DNA from: a virus | Lineage: Duplodnaviria > Caudoviricetes | IMG/VR virus record: IMGVR_UViG_3300030392_001439 | Location: 1 to 33,822 of that record | Length of the DNA: 33,822 nt | Strand: one strand, 5' to 3' | Shown here: positions 26,728 to 33,822 of the stretch, piece after piece | How the letters are laid out: the number at the start of each line of letters is the position of its first letter | How positions within the stretch are numbered: the first letter of the stretch is position 1 | Made by a program: the position numbers and the translations under genes | The notes under the pieces: model-generated | Databases searched by the model: none | Seen by the model: the letters and a program-made list of their open reading frames with translations, nothing else | What the model was told of the DNA's origin: nothing

Positions 26728-28233
26728 ATGGAAGATGGTAAAAATTATATTGAGGGAGTTTTCGTAGAAAGCGCTTCTAATAGTGTTTTTGATAACGGAG
26801 ATCCTTGTTCAGAAGAATCTTTCGGAATCTTTCCCAACTCAATACCATTAGAAATTGATAATGCATATATAGCAGCAAGAGATGCATTTGAATCGTGGCG
26901 TAATACAAGTCGGGTTCAAAGAGCCGAGTACATGTACAAAGTCGCCAAACTAATTGAAGAGAGGCGAGAAGAGCTTGCCACTGTCATTTCTTTAGAAACT
27001 GGGAAGAATTATAACGAGTCCATTGCCGAAGTAAATGAAGCTCTCCATATGGCTCAGTATGCCTTTGGTTCTGGACGCACCCCACAAGGAGAGTCCGTTG
27101 CGTCCGAAATTTCTGAAAAAGACTCCTATATGCTGCGAAAGCCTAAAGGGGTGGTTGCTATTATTAGTCCTTGGAATTTTCCTCTGGCCATTGGTGCTTT
27201 TTGGTGCGCTGCTCCTGCTCTCGTTGAAGGTAATACTGTCATTCTTAAGCCAAGTGAAGATGCGCCTTATACGTCGCAAGTAGCCATGCAGCTCTACCAT
27301 GATGCTGGGATTCCTCCGGGAGTGATTAATCTAGTACATGGAGATGGAGAGGTCGGCGACTATCTAGCTAAAATAAAAGAAATAAACCATATTTGTTTTA
27401 CAGGAAGCGCGGAAGTGGGGCAGCATATCAGGCGAGTATGTGCGGACAGCTGGCACAAAACCTGTTCCTGTGAAATGGGAAGTAAGTCCGCCGTGATCGT
27501 TTTTGATGATGCTAATTTTGATCTAGCAGTTTCTTCAGCTCTCGCCAGTGCGTTTAAACTATCAGGGCAACGATGCGTTTCCTCTGGAAGGTTGATCGTC
27601 CAGAGAGGAATTTATAATAAATTTGCAAGCTCTTTTGTACAATATGCTAGGAAAATTAAAGCGGGCCATCCTTTTATAGATTTGTCGTGGGCAGTAGGAA
27701 GGGTACAGCAACCTAATCCTGACGCATATATGGGACCACTAATTAATCAACAACAGTTAGATAGAGTATTGGGTTTTAATGATATGGTTATGCAAGATCC
27801 CGAAGCTGAGGTGATACTAGAATCTACATATACACCTCCTGGATATTTTGTAAGTCCTCTCGTATATAAAACGGAGTGGCGAGATGTTCCTTATCTTAAA
27901 AATGAAGTATTTGGACCCCACGTTGCAATTATTCCTTTTGATAACGTTGATGATGCTATTCGGATTTATAATGACACAGATTACGGGCTGGCTGTGGGAG
28001 TGGTCACCGAAGACTTTAAAAAAGCTAGAATTTGTCGTGATCTCTGTGAGTATGGTATGTGTTATTGGAACGGCGGCTCTATTGCTGCTGAGTCTCATCT
28101 TGCATTTGGTGGTGTAAAAAAATCAGGCAATGGATATCCATCAGCTGCTCGAACTTTCAGGGCTGTAACTCACGAGGTATCCTGGACAGTCAACCATGAC
28201 GAAACATTGGCATTTCCACAAGGAATGAAATGA
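26728..28233 (+). CDS. NAD(P)-dependent aldehyde dehydrogenase
   Basis: ISPWNFP, LKPSE, FTGS..VG, EMGSK, GQRC, EVFGP, FGGVKKSG. Confidence 0.93.
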   Translation: MEDGKNYIEGVFVESASNSVFDNGDPCSEESFGIFPNSIPLEIDNAYIAARDAFESWRNTSRVQRAEYMYKVAKLIEERREELATVISLETGKNYNESIAEVNEALHMAQYAFGSGRTPQGESVASEISEKDSYMLRKPKGVVAIISPWNFPLAIGAFWCAAPALVEGNTVILKPSEDAPYTSQVAMQLYHDAGIPPGVINLVHGDGEVGDYLAKIKEINHICFTGSAEVGQHIRRVCADSWHKTCSCEMGSKSAVIVFDDANFDLAVSSALASAFKLSGQRCVSSGRLIVQRGIYNKFASSFVQYARKIKAGHPFIDLSWAVGRVQQPNPDAYMGPLINQQQLDRVLGFNDMVMQDPEAEVILESTYTPPGYFVSPLVYKTEWRDVPYLKNEVFGPHVAIIPFDNVDDAIRIYNDTDYGLAVGVVTEDFKKARICRDLCEYGMCYWNGGSIAAESHLAFGGVKKSGNGYPSAARTFRAVTHEVSWTVNHDETLAFPQGMK

Positions 28234-29024
28234 AAGTATTACTGTGCTCCCCACAATTTTTTGATGTCCGATATGAAATAAATCCTTGGATGGATGTTAA
28301 TAACAATCCAGACAATATTAAGGCTTTTTCTCAATGGCGTTGTATGATAGACGCACTCAGCGCAGCGGGAGCTAAGATAGAACATATGCGACCCCATGCA
28401 GATTTTCCTGACATGGTATTTACTGCTAATGCCGGTCTCGTAAAAGATAGCCGAGTGATTTTATCAAATTTTAAATACGAGCAAAGGCGTGGCGAAACGA
28501 ATCTGTTTGAAAAATGGTTTCTCCATCATGATTATGAAACAGTAGACTTACCTGCCCATATGTATTTTGAAGGAGCTGGGGATGCTCTCTTCTTTAGAGA
28601 CTTGCTATTCATGGGACATGGTTTTAGAACTGATGAAAAATCCCATAGTCTCATAGCAGAAATTTTAGATGTAGATTATATTTCTCTAGAACTAAAAAAT
28701 CCCAACTTCTATCATTTAGACACCTGTTTGTTTGTCGCTGATGATCACATTTGTTTTTATGAAAAAGCTTTTACACCTCAATCATTTTCTAAAGGAATGA
28801 CAAAGTTAATCCAATACATTGCTAAAGAAAATCTTAGTGTTAGAATTAGTTCTGTATCAGAAGAACAAGCCCACAACTTTATATGTAACAGTATTTGTAT
28901 CAAGGGCCAAGTTATTACTCCAGCATTTAATTGTAGTACTGTTTTTAATAATCCTCTAAAGTGCGATATGTCAGAATTTATGAAAGCTGGAGGGGCAATA
29001 AAATGCTTGACTTTAACGTTGTAA
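28230..29024 (+). CDS. Amidinotransferase/dimethylargininase (pentein) family protein
   Basis: YEINPWM, PDMVFTANAG, FEGAGD, FYHLDT, KAGGAIKCLTL catalytic Cys motif. Confidence 0.88.
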   Translation: MKVLLCSPQFFDVRYEINPWMDVNNNPDNIKAFSQWRCMIDALSAAGAKIEHMRPHADFPDMVFTANAGLVKDSRVILSNFKYEQRRGETNLFEKWFLHHDYETVDLPAHMYFEGAGDALFFRDLLFMGHGFRTDEKSHSLIAEILDVDYISLELKNPNFYHLDTCLFVADDHICFYEKAFTPQSFSKGMTKLIQYIAKENLSVRISSVSEEQAHNFICNSICIKGQVITPAFNCSTVFNNPLKCDMSEFMKAGGAIKCLTLTL

Positions 29025-30226
29025 ACAGACTGTCTCAGTACATTATTACAGATGGTTTTCATGTAGTAGTAGACCCTGATAAAAGCCAGGGTTCATGGAT
29101 TGTAGATGCAGAGACAGGACGTAGCTATTTAGACTGCTATTCCCAATTTGCTAGTCAACCTTTGGGGTGGAATCATGAAAGGCTACGCCAAGCTAAAGAT
29201 CATTTGGGCGAAGCGGCAATCCACAAGTTGGCCAATAGCGACATGTACTCCCTAGACTATGTAGAATTTGTAGAAAAATTTGCAGAGATTACACCAGATT
29301 TTAGTCACTACTTTTTTATTGATGGTGGTGCTCTTGGAGTAGAGAATGCATTAAAGGCATCCTTTGACTGGAAGGCACAAAAGTGCGGCATAAGAAATCA
29401 AGGGTCGGTTAATAAACTAGATGTAGTACATTTTTATAAAGCTTTTCATGGTCGTAGTGGATACACATTATCTTTAACTAATACTGAATTAAATAAAACA
29501 AAACTTTTTCCTCAGTTTAATTGGACTACTATATATGATATCGATAAACTTGACACATATATGCACCCAGAAGTAGCAGCTATTATTGTAGAACCAATCC
29601 AAGGAGAAGGAGGAGACAAACATTTTGATCCTCAAATTTTTCATGAACTAAGAAGTTTGGCAGACATGTATGATTCTATGCTCATATTTGATGAGGTACA
29701 AACAGGTCTAGGCACAACCGGAAAAATGTGGGCTTACGAACACTTCGGAGTGGTGCCTGATATGATGTGCTTCGGGAAGAAAACTCAAGTGTGTGGGTTT
29801 TGTGCTACCAATAGAATAGATGAGGTGAAAGAGAATGTATTTTCTACTAGTGGAAGAATTAATTCTACATGGGGTGGTAATATAGTTGACATGGTAAGAA
29901 GTATGTATATTATAGAAATAATTCAAGAGGAGGGTCTGGTAGAAAAAGCACGCCATACCGGAGATCTATTTATATCTGTATTGGAAGGTATTAAAGGATT
30001 GAGCAACGTTAGAGGAAAGGGATTAATGATAGCGTTCGATTTGGATACCACCCCCCAACGAGATGAGTTCAAAGCTATTTTACAAAACGAAATGTTAGTA
30101 CTCACATGTGGAACTAAATCCATTAGATTAAGGCCAGCTTTAAACTTTGACACGGAAGAGGTTTACGTAGCATGTCAGATGATCGAAGATACTGTAGCTA
30201 AGTTAAAAGGAGAAACCAATGAATAA
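29003..30226 (+). CDS. lat: L-lysine 6-aminotransferase (class III PLP aminotransferase)
   Basis: ANSDMYS, GALGVENALKASFDWK, FHGRSGYTLSLT, EPIQGEGGD, DEVQTG, GKKTQVCG, RINSTWGGN; GGAGG RBS before ATG 29003. Confidence 0.85.
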   Translation: MLDFNVVNRLSQYIITDGFHVVVDPDKSQGSWIVDAETGRSYLDCYSQFASQPLGWNHERLRQAKDHLGEAAIHKLANSDMYSLDYVEFVEKFAEITPDFSHYFFIDGGALGVENALKASFDWKAQKCGIRNQGSVNKLDVVHFYKAFHGRSGYTLSLTNTELNKTKLFPQFNWTTIYDIDKLDTYMHPEVAAIIVEPIQGEGGDKHFDPQIFHELRSLADMYDSMLIFDEVQTGLGTTGKMWAYEHFGVVPDMMCFGKKTQVCGFCATNRIDEVKENVFSTSGRINSTWGGNIVDMVRSMYIIEIIQEEGLVEKARHTGDLFISVLEGIKGLSNVRGKGLMIAFDLDTTPQRDEFKAILQNEMLVLTCGTKSIRLRPALNFDTEEVYVACQMIEDTVAKLKGETNE

Positions 30227-31187
30227 AGTTATTAAAAAGATTTTTCTCAACTTTCGAGGTATCTTAGCTGCTGATGAGAGTGATGGAACTATTGCCAAAA
30301 GATTGGGGTCGGTTAATAAAGAATCCACCCCGGAGAATAGACACTCGTATAGACATACTGTTTTTTCTACACCGGATCTTAAAAAATCAATAGGAGGAGT
30401 TATTCTTTTTGATGAGACTTTAAGAAATGAAGAAACAATAGCACCTCTTATTGAAAATGATATAGTGCTAGGGATTAAAGTGGATAAAGGGGCCAAGCCT
30501 TATTCGGGCAAAGAAACTCTAACAGAAGGCTTGGATGGCCTTGACCCAAGATTGGAAGAGTATGTGAAGTTGGGGGCTAAGTTTGCCAAATGGAGAGCTG
30601 TTTTACTACCTTCTAATAGTTCTCCAGGAATTCTTTCTAATTGTTGGACACTGGCAAGATATGCTAAAAAATGTCAATCTCATGGAATTGTACCGATTGT
30701 TGAACCCGAAGTATTAATGAACGGAAAACATTCTATTAAAAACTCTTACAATATTACTAAAAGCACATTGCATATACTGTTCGATGCATTACATTACGAA
30801 GAAGTAGAATTAGAAAAAATAATATTAAAACCTAATATGATAGTATCGGGGTATGATGCAAAGCAAAGAGCCTGTCCAGAAACTGTAGCTAAAATGACAG
30901 TTAAATGTTTTAGAAACGAAGTTCCTTCTGCGGTGCCTGCGATAGCCTTTCTCAGTGGAGGTCAAAAAGATGAAGAGGCTATTGAAAATTTACAATATAT
31001 AAATAGACTAGACAGTCTGTCGACTGATGATAAAAAACCTTGGCGCCTTTCATTTTCTTTTGGAAGGGCTATGCAGAGCGGCGCTCTACAACTATGGAGC
31101 GATGGACTTATAAAAGAAGCTCAAAAGTGGGTTTATGAACGGGGAGAAAGATGTCAGCTAGCCGTAAGGGGCTATAATGTAGTATAA
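30219..31187 (+). CDS. Fructose-bisphosphate aldolase class I (eukaryote-like type)
   Basis: GILAADES, GIKVDKG, EGLDGL, FAKWR, VPIVEPEV, LKPNM, FLSGGQ, PW.LSFSFGRA. Confidence 0.93.
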   Translation: MNKVIKKIFLNFRGILAADESDGTIAKRLGSVNKESTPENRHSYRHTVFSTPDLKKSIGGVILFDETLRNEETIAPLIENDIVLGIKVDKGAKPYSGKETLTEGLDGLDPRLEEYVKLGAKFAKWRAVLLPSNSSPGILSNCWTLARYAKKCQSHGIVPIVEPEVLMNGKHSIKNSYNITKSTLHILFDALHYEEVELEKIILKPNMIVSGYDAKQRACPETVAKMTVKCFRNEVPSAVPAIAFLSGGQKDEEAIENLQYINRLDSLSTDDKKPWRLSFSFGRAMQSGALQLWSDGLIKEAQKWVYERGERCQLAVRGYNVV

Positions 31188-31199
31188 AGGAGGAAAAGC

Positions 31200-32231
31200 A
31201 TGAGAGCTATTATAATGGGCGCAGGCCAAATGGGGAGAGCCATAGCCCATGGTTTAAATAAACTTGGTCATGCAGTTTCTGTTGCAGATATACACTCTAA
31301 ATCACTAGAAGCAGTCAGTGGAAATAATTTTGCCCTGATCCACACTAAAGATTATGGTAATGATAGAAGTTTTTTACAAGAATATGATGTAGTAGTATCA
31401 GCACTACCCTATCATCAAAACTGGAGTCTAGCTCAGTATTGCATTGATCATGGTTTACGATATTGCGACTTAGGGGGAAGCGTTCCAGTATCTCAAAATA
31501 TTAATTCGTATGCTAAAGAAAATGCTACAGCTCCTATCATAACAGATATGGGCTTGGCACCGGGTTGGATTAATATTATTGCTGAACAAGAATGTATAAA
31601 ACAAAAAAAACTTCCCACTTCAGTTACCATGAGAGTGGGAGGCCTTCCTGTTGATAGATGTAGCAACACCTTAAAATATTCTTGTACTTGGTCTTACGAT
31701 GGTTTAATTAATGAATATAAAGATGACTGTATTGTTTTAAGAAATGGAGAGGAACATGTAGTCAAGGGGTTAGAGGGTCTTGATAATCTCAACACTCCTA
31801 TTGGAGTTCTAGAGTCTTTCTTTACCAGCGGAGGAACTTCCCATACCCTGAAAAAACTGAAAGATCTAGGGGTTAAAAATTGTTATTATAAAACATTTAG
31901 ATATCCTGGACATCGAGACTATATTAGTTTCCTCCTTAATGACTGTCAAGCATCAGATGAAACCGTAATAGAAATTCTCAAAAGAATTTGTCCCCCCGAA
32001 GACGATCTGGTAATCATGGGGGTCTATCTGGACGAAGGAAGTTTAGAAAGAATTATCTACCATGACGATCAGTTTTCTGCTATGCAAAAAGCAACAGCTT
32101 TCCCGGTGGCTAGTGTTACCGCTATGCTAGGAGAAGGTTTGATGGATGAAAAACGTGCTTTAGAATACAGTGATATCAATTATGAAAAATTTAACTGCCT
32201 TTTAGCTGAGTTAATATCTCCCCAATTATAG
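31200..32231 (+). CDS. Saccharopine dehydrogenase / lysine 6-dehydrogenase family protein
   Basis: GAGQMG Rossmann motif, SALPY, YCDLGG, GLAPG, VGGLP, WS.DGLINEY, TSGG, YKTFRYPGH; AAGGAGG RBS. Confidence 0.87.
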   Translation: MRAIIMGAGQMGRAIAHGLNKLGHAVSVADIHSKSLEAVSGNNFALIHTKDYGNDRSFLQEYDVVVSALPYHQNWSLAQYCIDHGLRYCDLGGSVPVSQNINSYAKENATAPIITDMGLAPGWINIIAEQECIKQKKLPTSVTMRVGGLPVDRCSNTLKYSCTWSYDGLINEYKDDCIVLRNGEEHVVKGLEGLDNLNTPIGVLESFFTSGGTSHTLKKLKDLGVKNCYYKTFRYPGHRDYISFLLNDCQASDETVIEILKRICPPEDDLVIMGVYLDEGSLERIIYHDDQFSAMQKATAFPVASVTAMLGEGLMDEKRALEYSDINYEKFNCLLAELISPQL

Positions 32232-32901
32232 TGTTTCTAACTATATCTTCATCTCCTAAAGTACAAATAGAAACACCTTCAATCTCTGCCAGTTTATCTA
32301 CACAGGTAATCAGGCCTCCGGCACAATCTGTTGGCAGATCTGTCTGACTGATATCTCCATTGATCACCGCTTTAGAACCTTGACCTATACGAGTTAAGAA
32401 CATTTTAATTTGTTCAAACGTAGCATTTTGAGCCTCGTCAAGGACCATGAAGGTGTCGTGGAAGTTTCTACCTCTCATGTATTCTAATGGGCAGAGTTCA
32501 ATAAGGTTTTGATACCTCATATCTCTTACTTTATCTCTACCTATATAAAGATGCATCTCCTCAATAAGAGGTACAAGATAAGGTTTAATTTTATCAACGA
32601 GAGTGCCGGGAAGGTGACCCAGTCCTTTTCCAGATTCAACAACCGGTCGGGTGATAACAAGCTTTTCTATTTCTTCATCTAAAATATATTCAGAAGCAAC
32701 TCCAACTGCAATAGCTGTTTTACCAGAACCGGCAGGGCCGCTACAAAATGTTATGTCGGAATTGTAAATAGCATCAATATAGATCTCTTGGTTTTTACTT
32801 TTAGCTTCTAAAACTTTTAACTCTTCTTTTGGCCCCCATGATTTGTATTTGCGATTCTTGTTTCGGTTACGTAGGTGCCGTTTGCGCTTGCGTCTGGACA
32901 T
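32191..32901 (-). CDS. phoH: PhoH-family ATPase
   Basis: GPAGSGKT, ITRPVVE, LGHLPG, YMRGRNF, LDEAQN, TRIG, GDISQTD; GGAG RBS before ATG at 32901 (MSRRKRK). Confidence 0.92.
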   Translation of the reverse strand: MSRRKRKRHLRNRNKNRKYKSWGPKEELKVLEAKSKNQEIYIDAIYNSDITFCSGPAGSGKTAIAVGVASEYILDEEIEKLVITRPVVESGKGLGHLPGTLVDKIKPYLVPLIEEMHLYIGRDKVRDMRYQNLIELCPLEYMRGRNFHDTFMVLDEAQNATFEQIKMFLTRIGQGSKAVINGDISQTDLPTDCAGGLITCVDKLAEIEGVSICTLGDEDIVRNTIIGEILTQLKGS

Positions 32902-32935
32902 CTGTCTCCATACATTTAAAAAGGTGTGATACAAA

Positions 32936-33367
32936 CTACCCACTTTTTTTAAAGGGTAGTATTTTATTAAGGAACTTCTTGCGTTTGCTACATCCACAGC
33001 CACCTAATCCTGACCACTCCTCTATTTTTTCTTCTGTAATACCAAATTTACTAAAAACATTTGCAATAACAGTGCCAAGGCCCTCTTCTTGCACCTCTTC
33101 GTTAGCAGCGTCAATGCCCTCTTTTTCAACCTCTTGTATAACTTCGTCTAGAAACTGTTTCTTTTTATCGTTTTCTATTTTTTGTTTGTAATATTCTTCA
33201 TTACGTTCAGCTTCTGGCATATCTTTAACAAAGAACCTTTCAAAAGCTTGTCTATAATGAGCACTACGCTTACATTTATTATACATAGTTTCTGTTACAA
33301 CGCTACCATATCTTTTGCAAAATCCGGCCCCTGAACATTGACAGGGATTATAATCCTCATTAGCCAT
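32936..33367 (-). CDS. Cys-containing hypothetical protein
   Basis: CQCSGAGFC N-terminus; GLGTVI...GCGCSKRKKFLN C-terminus; AAGGAAAG RBS. Confidence 0.65.
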   Translation of the reverse strand: MANEDYNPCQCSGAGFCKRYGSVVTETMYNKCKRSAHYRQAFERFFVKDMPEAERNEEYYKQKIENDKKKQFLDEVIQEVEKEGIDAANEEVQEEGLGTVIANVFSKFGITEEKIEEWSGLGGCGCSKRKKFLNKILPFKKSG

Positions 33368-33394
33368 AAAACTTTCCTTTTTTTTAAAAATTCA

Positions 33395-33820
33395 CTATGA
33401 ACAAGTAGGACAATACGTACTTGGCATCTCGTCTGGAATTCCTTTAGACCCTCTGGGATTGTGTCTTGCTCTGCTATCTTCTTTAACGGTTATAAAAACT
33501 CGTATTTTAGATATGGTATCGCCGCCACCGGCTTTGCAGCCACCGCGAAATTGCTGGTAGGGAAAGTAGGTGCCTGTTTGATCTGGGTCTCCCGGACAAC
33601 ACATACACGCCATTCCCTGTACATTAATGTATTCAGCGCATATATACCATCCATCAGCACCGGTGGCATTGAGCCACTCTCTATCTGGGTCCGCGTCAAG
33701 TCCTGGATGATCTTCTGAAACATCCATACATCTACAATCAGTAATTTCCATGGGACACTTAGAATCCGTTGGACATCCAGCCCGAGGGGTACTGCTTACA
33801 GAGCATGCGCTACTCGGGGG
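33395..33820 (-). CDS. Cys/Pro/Gly-rich hypothetical protein, C-terminal part (5' truncated by window)
   Basis: Frame stays open from 33751 to the window end (PPSSACSVSSTPRAGCPTDSKCPMEIT...). Confidence 0.6.
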   Translation of the reverse strand, partial: PPSSACSVSSTPRAGCPTDSKCPMEITDCRCMDVSEDHPGLDADPDREWLNATGADGWYICAEYINVQGMACMCCPGDPDQTGTYFPYQQFRGGCKAGGGDTISKIRVFITVKEDSRARHNPRGSKGIPDEMPSTYCPTCS

Positions 33821-33822
33821 CG

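Noticed and set aside
930-30496. Short minus-strand and nested alternative-frame ORFs in the supplied track (e.g. 1385..1642, 5148..5507, 5722..6078, 12681..13088, 26992..27300, 27035..27283)
   Set aside because: They lie within well-supported + strand genes and lack recognisable motifs; treated as shadow ORFs.
32829-33718. Plus-strand ORFs 32829..33191 and 33461..33718, and minus-strand 33490..33723
   Set aside because: They overlap better-supported minus-strand genes and show no motifs.

Overview
AT-rich, densely packed, almost entirely + strand segment that reads as the DNA-metabolism/auxiliary-gene region of a large dsDNA phage (inference from gene content and overlapping start/stop codons; no recognisable capsid or tail genes in the window). 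In order: C-terminus of a class II ribonucleotide reductase, RecA, DnaB helicase, DnaG-like primase, dNMP kinase, HAD hydrolase, Cas4/AddB-like exonuclease, a DnaE polymerase split into two genes with a DEDDh exonuclease between them, a sigma-70 factor, a ~7 kb glycosyltransferase/nucleotidyltransferase block, a putative lysine-catabolism block (VOC protein, aldehyde dehydrogenase, amidinotransferase, lysine 6-aminotransferase, class I aldolase, saccharopine/lysine dehydrogenase) and a convergent PhoH. The most striking signal is non-coding: five copies, at three loci, of an exactly 65-nt hairpin with a covarying outer stem, a conserved bulged G and a symmetric internal loop carrying two variable 5-nt segments whose last two bases are reverse-complementary in all five copies. 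This looks like a programmable dual-guide RNA scaffold, architecturally reminiscent of IS110 bridge-RNA loops or TIGR units, but no effector protein can be identified from the sequence alone.
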